From contig JAGWHI010000002.1 in NCBI GenBank assembly GCA_028866905.1, forward strand, positions 7,219-71,218: a stretch of 64,000 nucleotides of DNA, in the 5' to 3' direction. Below, piece by piece: positions 7,720 to 16,176 of this stretch. How positions within the stretch are numbered: the first letter of the stretch is position 1; the number at the start of each line of letters is the position of its first letter. The position numbers and the translations under genes are program-made. The stretch is from Candidatus Micrarchaeota archaeon. GTDB lineage: Archaea > Micrarchaeota > Micrarchaeia > Micrarchaeales > Micrarchaeaceae. The notes beneath the pieces were generated by a model that was not told the origin of the DNA, did not search any database, and saw only the letters and a list, made by a program, of their open reading frames with translations.

Positions 7720-9090
7720 CTAGCTAACCATGTACATCAACCTTCTTATGTCATTGAGGTGCTCAAGGTCCCATATCGTATCCAGGACCCTCCTTGCAGA
7801 GCCGCGTTCCAGGTTCCTACCAGCGACGGACTTGAACTTCGCTTCTATCTCAGCTGGGCTCATCGGGGTCCTGGGATGCCCCTTGGAGTAGATTACCTCC
7901 TTTGAAACCCTTTTGCCGTCGGCGGCTGTAATCACCACGTCTGCAGCGTTGACCGTGCCGCCCTTGTTGAACATGTCAGTGAACCTCTTGCGCTCTACGA
8001 CCTTGACCCGCTTCATGAATTGCAGGGTCTTTGCGTCCCTGTAGCGCTTCTCGGTAAATGATGCGAGGTCCACCTTCCCGTCCATCAGCGCGGCAGCGAC
8101 CATGTACGGTAGGCTGTGGTCCGCAGTCTCCTTGGTCTTCGGGTCCCATTTCTCTGCGCCGCTGCCGATTATCTTCAGCCCTCCCTCATTAGTCCCGATT
8201 TCCACGGATCTTATTTTCTCGGCCGGTACAACCTTTCTGAGTTCCAGGGCAGCCTCTATAGCGGTCTGGGCGCGGGTCTCTGCAGGGAAATGCTTTATGA
8301 GGGTCTGGCCTATCTTGAACCTGTTCCTCTTGCCGCCGAACTTGCGCGTGTCGATCTCGAACCTGCCTGTCACCTGCTTCCAGAATCCCATCTCGCCCTC
8401 GAAAACCGGCGCAGGGCCGGTGAACCCGTTCCTTGCGAGCATCGCCGAGAATATCGCGTTCCTTGCGGAGTTGGAGAAGGCGACCGCCTTCCACATCGAA
8501 AGCTCTCCGGCCCGCAGCTGCCTCATTGTAAGGTGGGAGTTGAGCGCGATGTTTATCGCCTGCTCGGTCTGCCCTACCGATAGGCCCATGAGCCTCGACG
8601 CTGCGGCGCTGACGGATACGAGGCCGTATATCACGTGGTCCCATCCGCGCTTCCAGAGCGTTGCTGCATCGCAGAGCCTGCACTGTATCTCGTATGCCAG
8701 GACTGTACCGAGGAGCACATCCCTCCCGCCGAGGCCCTCCGCCTCGGCCACAGCAACCATTGGAAATATGTTGTCGCTCGGATGGGAGAACTCCTTGGCG
8801 TCGTAAGTGTCCATGAAATCGAAGTACCTGGACATTCCCCCGTTGACGAAGGCTGCGATGTCGGGGCTCACCTTCCTGCCCGTGCCGAGTATGGTAGACC
8901 TGTACCTGCCATCGGTATCCTGCACCGATTTCGAGGCTATCTCGACCGGGGTTTCGTGCTGCGCGCCTATCGCGCACCCGAAGGTGTCTATGATCCTGGC
9001 CTTCGCCGCCTCTATCGTGGGCTTGTCGAAATCGGAATAGCGCAGAGAGCTCGCGTATTCCGCTATCCTACCTGATATGGTTATGGTCAT
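7720..9090 (-). CDS. MmgE/PrpD family protein (2-methylcitrate dehydratase-like)
   Basis: The 456-aa length and the N-terminal IAEYASSLRYSDFDKPTIEAAKARIIDTFGCAIGA are typical of PrpD/MmgE. Confidence 0.85.
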   Translation of the reverse strand: MTITISGRIAEYASSLRYSDFDKPTIEAAKARIIDTFGCAIGAQHETPVEIASKSVQDTDGRYRSTILGTGRKVSPDIAAFVNGGMSRYFDFMDTYDAKEFSHPSDNIFPMVAVAEAEGLGGRDVLLGTVLAYEIQCRLCDAATLWKRGWDHVIYGLVSVSAAASRLMGLSVGQTEQAINIALNSHLTMRQLRAGELSMWKAVAFSNSARNAIFSAMLARNGFTGPAPVFEGEMGFWKQVTGRFEIDTRKFGGKRNRFKIGQTLIKHFPAETRAQTAIEAALELRKVVPAEKIRSVEIGTNEGGLKIIGSGAEKWDPKTKETADHSLPYMVAAALMDGKVDLASFTEKRYRDAKTLQFMKRVKVVERKRFTDMFNKGGTVNAADVVITAADGKRVSKEVIYSKGHPRTPMSPAEIEAKFKSVAGRNLERGSARRVLDTIWDLEHLNDIRRLMYMVS

Positions 9091-10208
9091 CTGCCCGACC
9101 TGATCTTACGTATAACCGCATCCGCCATGTCAGTAGTCGTTGATGGATTCCTTGGCTTGAGGTCGTATGTGAGGACCCTGCCCTCCCTTATCACCTTGAG
9201 GATCGACCGCTCCAGCCCCTTTGCAGCCCTGGCCTCCCCTATGTGCCCGAGCATCATCGCTGCGCTAAGCATCGACGCCGTGGGATTAACCTCGTTCTTC
9301 CCCGCGTGCTTCGGCGCGCTCCCGTGGACCGGCTCGAACACTGCGCAACTGTCGCCTATGTTGGCGCTCGGCGCAAGGCCCAATCCGCCAACAAGCCCGG
9401 AGCAAAGATCGGATATTATGTCCCCGTAAAGGTTAGGGCAGACGAGCACGTCGTACATCTCGGGCTTGAGCACGAGCTGCATGCACATGCTGTCGACTAT
9501 CATGTCGTCGAAAATTACCCCGCGGTGCCTGGACGCGACCTGCCGCGCCACTTTGAGGAAAAGCCCGTCGGTGGATTTCATTATGTTCGCCTTGTGCACC
9601 GCAGTAACCCTCTTCCTCCTGTTGTCCTTGGCGTACCTGAAGGCAAACTCCACGATCCGCCTGCTGGCCGATATGGATATCGGCTTTATTGTTATTGCGC
9701 TGTCTGGGGCTATGCGCTCCCCTGATTTGGACGCGATGAGCCTTATTAGCTGCGACGTGGCCCGAGCACCCTCGTCGAACTCTATACCGGCATAAACGTC
9801 TTCGGTGTTCTCCCTCACCACAACGAGGTCGACATCGGAATACCTGGACTTCACGCCGGGGAACAAGCGGGCAGGCCTAAGGTTGGCGTATAGCCCCAGC
9901 GTCTTGCGCATCTGTACATTGACGCTCCTGAAACCCTCGCCTATGGGCGTTGTTATGGGTCCCTTGAGCGCGACCCTGTTCCTGGCAATCGAGTCTATGG
10001 TCCGCCTGGGCAGCACCGAGCCTTGCCTCCTCAGCGCCACCTCTCCGGCTTGCTGCTCGTCCCACGACACCTCGAAACCGTATTTCTCTGCAGCGGCGTC
10101 GACGCACCACCTCGCCGCGTTCGAAACCTCGGGGCCCACGCCGTCCCCCGCTATGAATGTTATTTCGTAGCTCCTCGTTTTCCCACTCCGTTTATCCCTG
10201 TGATGCAA
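9087..10208 (-). CDS. isocitrate/isopropylmalate dehydrogenase family enzyme (probably NAD(P)-isocitrate dehydrogenase)
   Basis: ITFIAGDGVGPEV, LKGPITTP, VVVRENTEDVYAGIE, NLYGDIISD and HGSAPKHAGKNEVNPTA motifs. I trimmed the start to a TTG just downstream of the mqo-like stop. The alternative ATG at 10256 would overlap the upstream gene by about 47 nt. Confidence 0.85.
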   Translation of the reverse strand: MHHRDKRSGKTRSYEITFIAGDGVGPEVSNAARWCVDAAAEKYGFEVSWDEQQAGEVALRRQGSVLPRRTIDSIARNRVALKGPITTPIGEGFRSVNVQMRKTLGLYANLRPARLFPGVKSRYSDVDLVVVRENTEDVYAGIEFDEGARATSQLIRLIASKSGERIAPDSAITIKPISISASRRIVEFAFRYAKDNRRKRVTAVHKANIMKSTDGLFLKVARQVASRHRGVIFDDMIVDSMCMQLVLKPEMYDVLVCPNLYGDIISDLCSGLVGGLGLAPSANIGDSCAVFEPVHGSAPKHAGKNEVNPTASMLSAAMMLGHIGEARAAKGLERSILKVIREGRVLTYDLKPRNPSTTTDMADAVIRKIRSGR

Positions 10209-10209
10209 C

Positions 10210-11580
10210 CTATTTATAGTTGATAGGGCCGAGCTCCTTCTCCGCCTTGGCATCGTCGAACCTGCATCCGAGATACTCGGAAAGGTAACGCGCGTCCTCC
10301 ACCGCGTTGGCGAGGCAGGATGTCGCACCCGGCGATGGCGTTATGTTGAATATCAGGCCCGACTCCTTCAGCTTCGCCTCGCCCAGCACCAGCGACCTCT
10401 TGTTCTCGTCTATTATCTGCGGCCTTATTCCGCCGATGTCCTTGGCGAAAGTGAGGTCTGACGGCTTGAGCGATGGCACGATTAGCGACGCCTCGCGCTT
10501 CAGGAATTCGCCCTTGCCAACAAGCGGAAGGTCATAGAGTATGTTCCTTGAGAGTATCGAGAGTATGTCCCTGTCGAGCATTATGCGCTTGAGGCTTGCG
10601 GCAGTGGGCATGTCGAAGTCGAACGTCCTTACGTAATCGAGCATCGTGCCGGGGTGGTGCCTTTCGAGCTCCATAGGCAGCGAGACCGTTGGCCCAAACC
10701 TTGTGACGTCCGGGTTCGTTATCTCGGGGTCGCCGTGGACCGCAGCGAATGGAATGTGGCCGCGCTGCACCCTGTAGACCTTGCCCCTCAGCACACGCGG
10801 CGTGTAATAGAAATTGCCGCCGACGGAGAGTATCGAAAGGTTCTTCTCGTACCCGAGCGACTTGGCGAAGTACAGGCTGTACGTGCCCGCAGCGAAGACC
10901 ACGGCTTTCCCGGTGAAGCTCCCGTTTGACGTGTGGAGGGTGTAGCCCTCCCCGCCCTCAGACACGTGCTTTGCGACTGTGTCGAACATAGCGTCTATCC
11001 TTACCCTCTTCCTGCGCTTAGCGGCCATCGCGAAATTCCTGGTCAGCAGCCCGAAGTCCATCATGTAGCCGTCGGGGGAATAGAGCGCGGCTATCTTCTG
11101 GCCCCTGTCGCGCCCTTTCACAACGTTCGGCTCGAGCTTTGCTATCTCTTTATGCTGCACCCTCCTCAGTTCCGGGAAGATGCCGCCTATGTTTTGGTAT
11201 ATCTTCTCTATCGACTCTATCTCGAAGTCGTCCACTGCCAGCACCATCTTCTGGCACTTCTGGATTATCCCGTTCCTCTGCGCGGCCGGGATCGTGGAAC
11301 AGTAGCGCAGCACCATCTTCGCCGCGGCCTTGGTGGATATCGCCTTCTCCTTGGAATAGTTGGTCTCGATGTCGCCGAAGTGCAGGGTCTGGGCGTTGTT
11401 CCTGCTGTTTGAATTGAGCTGCGCGTAGTCGGAGTACTTCTCTATCAGGAGGGCGCTCTTCACGTCAGTGTATGCGCTGAGCGCGTAGAGCAGCGATGTG
11501 CCGGTAATCCCCCCGCCGACTATTATAGCATCGTAGGACCTGTTCATCTGCTCGCCGGGGTTGGACGATGATACTGACAT
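10210..11580 (-). CDS. mqo: FAD-dependent oxidoreductase, malate:quinone oxidoreductase-like
   Basis: Dinucleotide fold YDAIIVGGGITGTS, followed by NSRNNAQTLHFGDIETNY, which resembles the Mqo NNAGTGH..ELNYT block. Start trimmed to MSVSSSNPG because the longer ORF crosses the divergent citrate synthase start. Confidence 0.65.
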   Translation of the reverse strand: MSVSSSNPGEQMNRSYDAIIVGGGITGTSLLYALSAYTDVKSALLIEKYSDYAQLNSNSRNNAQTLHFGDIETNYSKEKAISTKAAAKMVLRYCSTIPAAQRNGIIQKCQKMVLAVDDFEIESIEKIYQNIGGIFPELRRVQHKEIAKLEPNVVKGRDRGQKIAALYSPDGYMMDFGLLTRNFAMAAKRRKRVRIDAMFDTVAKHVSEGGEGYTLHTSNGSFTGKAVVFAAGTYSLYFAKSLGYEKNLSILSVGGNFYYTPRVLRGKVYRVQRGHIPFAAVHGDPEITNPDVTRFGPTVSLPMELERHHPGTMLDYVRTFDFDMPTAASLKRIMLDRDILSILSRNILYDLPLVGKGEFLKREASLIVPSLKPSDLTFAKDIGGIRPQIIDENKRSLVLGEAKLKESGLIFNITPSPGATSCLANAVEDARYLSEYLGCRFDDAKAEKELGPINYK

Positions 11581-11623
11581 CGGAATTCTTTTATTTGTTT
11601 TGTGAGAGATTGAATCGGTTGGG

Positions 11624-12775
11624 ATGGCCGAAGCTAAGCCGAACATAAACCTTGGGCTTGAGGGCGTATACTTCACGGAGAGCTCTGTGTGCAAGATAGA
11701 CGGCATTGCGGGCAGGCTTTGGTACAGGGGATACCCGATAGAGGAGCTGGCAGACCAGTCAACGTTCGAGGAGGTTTCCTACCTGCTGCTTTACGGCAGG
11801 CTCCCGAAGAGGAAGGAGCTCGACGATTTCTCATCGCAACTGGCTGAGGAGAGGGCGCTCCCGGAAAAGACCGCCAGGATAATAGCGGACATGTCCGGCA
11901 AGACCGACCCGATGCATGTGATGGCGACAGCCGCGTCTTCCCTTTCCGCCTACGACAGGGAGGCGGACGACACGACGAGGGACGCGAACCTCAGGAAGTC
12001 GGTGCGGCTTATATCGAAGCTCACGAGCATAGTCTCCTCGATCGGGAGGTATTCCGCAGGGATGGAGGCGATGCAGCCGGACGGGAATATGGGCCACATC
12101 GAGAACTTCCTGTACACGCTGACAGGCAGGAGGCCCTCGGCCGATGCTGTATCGAACACGCAGGCGATGTTCATACTCCAGGCGGAGCACAGTTCCAATG
12201 CGTCTACCTTCTCTGCGCTTGTTACCGCGTCGACGCTGTCGGACATATATTCCGCTGTGACTACCGGGATAAACACGCTCAAGGGACCGCTGCACGGGGA
12301 GGCGGATGAGGCGGCCCTCAGGATGCTGCGCGCCATAGGCACGCCAGACAACACCGAGAGGTACATAGAGGAGGCCCTGGCGGGCAAGCAGCGCATCATG
12401 GGGTTCGGGCACAGGATATACAAGACGTACGACCCGAGGGCCAGGATAATCAAGAGGCGCCTCGAGGCGCTCCAGGGCAGCGCGTCCGAGGAGATAGGGA
12501 GGCTGACCCAGATTGCGCTGAGGGCCGAGAAGCTGATGATAGACAGGCTGGGCCAGAGCCACGGGATATGGCCTAACATCGACTTCTTCGCAGGGCCTGT
12601 TTACCTGTCTGCCGGCATACCTGTCGAGCTGTTCACCCCGATATTCGCGGCCAGCAGGGTGTCAGGCTGGTGCGCGCACATACTGGAGTACTGGCAGAAC
12701 AACAGGCTGATAAGGCCGCTCGACTACTACACAGGAACCCTGGACCTGAAGTACGTGCCGATCGACGCTAGGTGA
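11624..12775 (+). CDS. citrate synthase (or 2-methylcitrate synthase)
   Basis: GLEGVYFTESSVCKIDG..G.LWYRGYPIEELA, HSSNASTF, GPLHGEA and GFGHRIYKTYDPRA are canonical citrate synthase motifs. Confidence 0.9.
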   Translation: MAEAKPNINLGLEGVYFTESSVCKIDGIAGRLWYRGYPIEELADQSTFEEVSYLLLYGRLPKRKELDDFSSQLAEERALPEKTARIIADMSGKTDPMHVMATAASSLSAYDREADDTTRDANLRKSVRLISKLTSIVSSIGRYSAGMEAMQPDGNMGHIENFLYTLTGRRPSADAVSNTQAMFILQAEHSSNASTFSALVTASTLSDIYSAVTTGINTLKGPLHGEADEAALRMLRAIGTPDNTERYIEEALAGKQRIMGFGHRIYKTYDPRARIIKRRLEALQGSASEEIGRLTQIALRAEKLMIDRLGQSHGIWPNIDFFAGPVYLSAGIPVELFTPIFAASRVSGWCAHILEYWQNNRLIRPLDYYTGTLDLKYVPIDAR

Positions 12776-12780
12776 GCCCT

Positions 12781-13536
12781 TCAGGAGAGCCTAAGGGCGA
12801 ATCTGCCGGCGAGCTCCGTTGTTCTTTGGTTGGATCCGCTCGGGACTCCGCTGGCGTTGGTATAGCTTATGTAGATGTACCCGCTCACCTTTGCGCCGGC
12901 CAATCCGGAGATGGATGTGCCGTTCGCCCAGTAGCACCGGAGATCGTAGACCGACGCGTTTTGTCCCGACGCTATTGAGAGAGGGTTGGCTATGAGGTTG
13001 CTGCCTTTTGCATAGACTCCGCTCGCTATGCCAGTTGCGTAGACAAGGAAAGTGCTGTTGGTCGTGTTCGTAGACGTTTGGAAGCCGGTGCACCCCAAGC
13101 CTATGTTGTAAATAGAACGCCCGCTCGATTGGCCGATCGACAGAGACATGTTGCCGGATTCCGTAAGGCTGGCAGGACCCTGGAAGTTGTATCCCGAAGC
13201 GCCAAGCACCCCAGCGGGGCAGAACTCCGAAGAGCTGTACACGCCTAGCGAACCCAGCAAAGAATAAGCTGCGAGAAAGAGGATGATGAATGGCAGTATC
13301 AGCTTTACTTCACCGCCCGTCTTTGCCACGGCGGTTGCCCCGGCTATGGCTATTACTGCAAGCGGGACAGCGTAATATTGGTAGAATGGGAACGCGCCGG
13401 GCAATTGTGGGAAGCAGGAAGGCGCAGTTTGGTACATGAATGAGGATATAAAACCGGAAAAGATACCCAAAATTGCGCCGAGCAGCGCAACAAATAGGTA
13501 CCGCCCTTTCTTGGAGCGCGCCTTCTTTTTGGGCAT
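12781..13536 (-). CDS. membrane-anchored protein with Ser/Gly/Asn-rich extracytoplasmic domain, unknown function
   Basis: Basic N-terminus MPKKKARSKKGR followed by three hydrophobic helices, then a sequon-rich, beta-looking domain. Confidence 0.5.
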   Translation of the reverse strand: MPKKKARSKKGRYLFVALLGAILGIFSGFISSFMYQTAPSCFPQLPGAFPFYQYYAVPLAVIAIAGATAVAKTGGEVKLILPFIILFLAAYSLLGSLGVYSSSEFCPAGVLGASGYNFQGPASLTESGNMSLSIGQSSGRSIYNIGLGCTGFQTSTNTTNSTFLVYATGIASGVYAKGSNLIANPLSIASGQNASVYDLRCYWANGTSISGLAGAKVSGYIYISYTNASGVPSGSNQRTTELAGRFALRLS

Positions 13537-13542
13537 GGAGGC

Positions 13543-14040
13543 TTATCGACCCTTCGCTTTATATCTTTTTCTGGCGGGATGTCCCCTCGTGACAGAGAAT
13601 AGGATAAGAAGAACGTTAAGCGCTATGAGGGCCGCCATTATATAACTGCCATAGGAACTTAAGAAATCCACAACTGCTATGGTTGTCGAGATGCTTGCGC
13701 CAAGCCCTCCGAGCGCCACCACCAATAGCGAGAAGCTGCATCCGCAGCCGACCACCACCCCGCCGAGCAGCGTCGAGGCTGTGCCGAGGACCCCTGTGCC
13801 CAGCGAGCGCCTTACGAGCATGTTGTTGGCTATTGAATTGATCGATACGGTAAGCAGTATGGACGAGACCGCGACCAGGGCGTATATCAGATATTGGGGG
13901 ACGTTTATTATCGGGATTCCCTTCTCCTGTATCAGGACGAGGTAGTTTATTACCAGGTAGTAAGCCACTGCGACCCCGATGTTGAGCGCGATGTACCTTG
14001 GCGTGTACACCCTCACGAAATTGTCGATTATCCTGCTCAT
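13543..14040 (-). CDS. small four-helix membrane protein with intramembrane GCGC motif, unknown function
   Basis: Four hydrophobic segments, VVVGCGCSFSLL inside helix 3, and a basic tail RKRYKAKGR. Confidence 0.45.
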   Translation of the reverse strand: MSRIIDNFVRVYTPRYIALNIGVAVAYYLVINYLVLIQEKGIPIINVPQYLIYALVAVSSILLTVSINSIANNMLVRRSLGTGVLGTASTLLGGVVVGCGCSFSLLVVALGGLGASISTTIAVVDFLSSYGSYIMAALIALNVLLILFSVTRGHPARKRYKAKGR

Positions 14041-14078
14041 GCGGCTCTGTAATAATCCCCATCCAAGATATAATAACC

Positions 14079-14522
14079 TTATACGTCTACCACTACGCTT
14101 ATCCTGAACCGGCCTGCGGGCTTTCTGACTGAGAGGTCGAACTTCGACACTCCCTTTATGTCCATCCTGGAGAATCTGGGGTTCCTCTTCTTTCCGTAAA
14201 GCTTGGCGCTGAACCGGTATGGGCCCTTCTTGCCGTCGCTGAACTTCAGGCGTGACGCCTTGTAGACAAAGAGGTCCTTGAAGTCCGCCACCGACAGGAT
14301 CTGCTGCAGCACCTCCCAGACCATGTCCTCGATCGTGACGGCCTTCTCCGAAACGGTGAACGTGTAGGATTTGCCTGCCGACCTTGCCACGGCCTTCACA
14401 TCCGCTGTCGTGTCTGCCATTGCCAGTATTGCGCTGTTGACCGCCGACTCGATCGTCCTCCCGCTCGCTATGAACTCTATGTCTGCGGTGTGGTCGACAT
14501 ACCTGTAGCTTGGCCTCTCCAT
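14079..14522 (-). CDS. archease (RtcB tRNA-ligase cofactor family)
   Basis: YRYVDHTADIEFIASG near the N-terminus and the roughly 147-aa size match archease. Start trimmed to MERPSYRY. Confidence 0.8.
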   Translation of the reverse strand: MERPSYRYVDHTADIEFIASGRTIESAVNSAILAMADTTADVKAVARSAGKSYTFTVSEKAVTIEDMVWEVLQQILSVADFKDLFVYKASRLKFSDGKKGPYRFSAKLYGKKRNPRFSRMDIKGVSKFDLSVRKPAGRFRISVVVDV

Positions 14523-14634
14523 CAGGAGTAATTCCCCCAGTAGCTTATTAACCTTAACCCTGCATAATATTCGTCCGATGAAGAGAAGAGTAACTGCTGA
14601 GATGTGATGAAGCCCATTTCGGCCGAGGACTTTT

Positions 14635-16176
14635 GTGATGTGGATGGCTGCTGGAAGGGACACGCTTTTGGGGCTGATCGTAGTAATCGTCGCGTTCGCC
14701 ATAGCAGCCTACAACTCCATCTCCCTGACGAACTTTGCGATACTGGACACAGACCCGTCGACCTACGTAGTCGTTGTAATGCTGATGATGTTCCTCTTCC
14801 TGGTATTCTACGCGAAGAGGGACATAGCGCTTGAGATAAGGGCAAGGAACCTGGCAATCGCGGCTGCGCTTTATGCGGTCTACATAGTAGCCCTGTCGGT
14901 CCTAAGGGTGGCGACATCGTTCCTGTTCCTCAGCTACAGGATCGACGCTCTCCTGTTTCCGCTGCTGCTCATGCCCATGCTCATAGCCGTGTTCGGGCCG
15001 AAGGCGGTGAAGGAGTTCAGGGCGGTGTTGATTTATTCCCTGTTCGCCTCTCCGATCATACTGATGCCCGTGCTTCTCGGCAACTCCGCATTCACGCAGC
15101 TGAACGCCGATTTCGTCTACTCTGTGATGAAGGCCGTGGGCGCCCCTGTCGTGCAGAACGGCGTGACTATAAGCGCGCCGGCATCGAGCATATCGATAGC
15201 GTCGACGTGCGCCGACATAGGCGCATTCGTGGCGTTCGTGATGTTCCTGATACCGATAGCATGGCTGTATGAGGGTAAGATCAGGGCAAAGGCCGGCTGG
15301 ATTGCCGGAGGGATTTTGCTTCTGCTTTTGCTCAACTTCCTGCGCATGACATCGATAGCCTTGGTCTGGGCGTACTCTGGCATCGGTAGCGCGGTATCGA
15401 CATTCCATCTCTTCGCCGGCCAGGTGATATTCTACGCCGCGATAATAATCATGCTCGTCCTGGCGGGAAGATTCGGCCTTGGCATAGCCAGGATACAGCG
15501 CGGGTTTGCCGAGGGGCTTGCGAAATCGTCGGAGATACTCCTGGAGAACCCTGTGGCTTCCGCAAGCGTTGCCGTAGTGATCGTGATGGGGCTGTTCGCG
15601 TTCTTCATGAGCATCCCCTACGCAAGCTCCGTATACAGGCCGGCTGTGCTTCTCGACCACAACTCCAGCGCCAACTGGCAGCAGTCGCTGTACGGCGATA
15701 TGGTATCCTCACTGAATGCCACCGGCGCAAACGTTCTGCACCTCCAGGACCTCAGCCAGGCGAGCGCTTTCGCGCTTACGGGCAATTCGTCCACTACTGC
15801 AGAGCAGGCGATATTCGTGCTCATAAACGACAGCGCGATGCCTTTCATCGGCGGCTTCCAGGCCAACCAGAGCGACATGGTGTCGAACGTCTACGCGTAC
15901 GTTCTTAACGACGGCGTCAGGCTCGACTCCGGCATATTGGCGTCGAAGAACGAAACGTTCCGGATAAACTACTTCTCGCTGCCGTACAACACCAGCAACG
16001 GGTGGAGGTCGCTCAACTACGAGGTATTCGCCAGGATCAACAGCACATACGCGAAGGACTGCCTATACAGCGCGTCCTTCGGGTTCCAGGACAGGCTGGA
16101 GAGCGCGATCTACAACATAATGAGCCCAGGGGGCTCAGCGGCTATGTGCACCAGCTACAAGATCGCAGGAGCCTAG
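14635..16176 (+). CDS. exosortase/archaeosortase-family membrane protein with about 200-aa C-terminal extracytoplasmic domain (tentative)
   Basis: Multi-TM protein with the ordered triad IASTCADIGAFVAF (Cys), LLNFLRMTSIALVW (N-x-L-R) and TFHLFAGQVIFY (His-x3-G). These resemble the Cys/Arg/His blocks of EpsH/ArtA-type sortases. Confidence 0.5.
   Translation: MMWMAAGRDTLLGLIVVIVAFAIAAYNSISLTNFAILDTDPSTYVVVVMLMMFLFLVFYAKRDIALEIRARNLAIAAALYAVYIVALSVLRVATSFLFLSYRIDALLFPLLLMPMLIAVFGPKAVKEFRAVLIYSLFASPIILMPVLLGNSAFTQLNADFVYSVMKAVGAPVVQNGVTISAPASSISIASTCADIGAFVAFVMFLIPIAWLYEGKIRAKAGWIAGGILLLLLLNFLRMTSIALVWAYSGIGSAVSTFHLFAGQVIFYAAIIIMLVLAGRFGLGIARIQRGFAEGLAKSSEILLENPVASASVAVVIVMGLFAFFMSIPYASSVYRPAVLLDHNSSANWQQSLYGDMVSSLNATGANVLHLQDLSQASAFALTGNSSTTAEQAIFVLINDSAMPFIGGFQANQSDMVSNVYAYVLNDGVRLDSGILASKNETFRINYFSLPYNTSNGWRSLNYEVFARINSTYAKDCLYSASFGFQDRLESAIYNIMSPGGSAAMCTSYKIAGA

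Noticed and set aside
8102-9075. Several ORFs of 146-262 aa overlapping the PrpD-family gene on both strands
   Set aside because: They are shadow frames with no motifs. The PrpD frame is full-length and motif-bearing.
9087-11706. Long N-terminal extensions of the ICDH-family (to 10328) and Mqo-like (to 11706) ORFs. Similar extensions occur at 14079..14702, 21915..22931, 38836..39945, 41500..42807 and 60662..61393.
   Set aside because: The extensions overlap the neighbouring genes, are Arg/His/Pro-rich, and precede the conserved N-terminal motifs. I trimmed starts to the first plausible initiation codon after the upstream gene.
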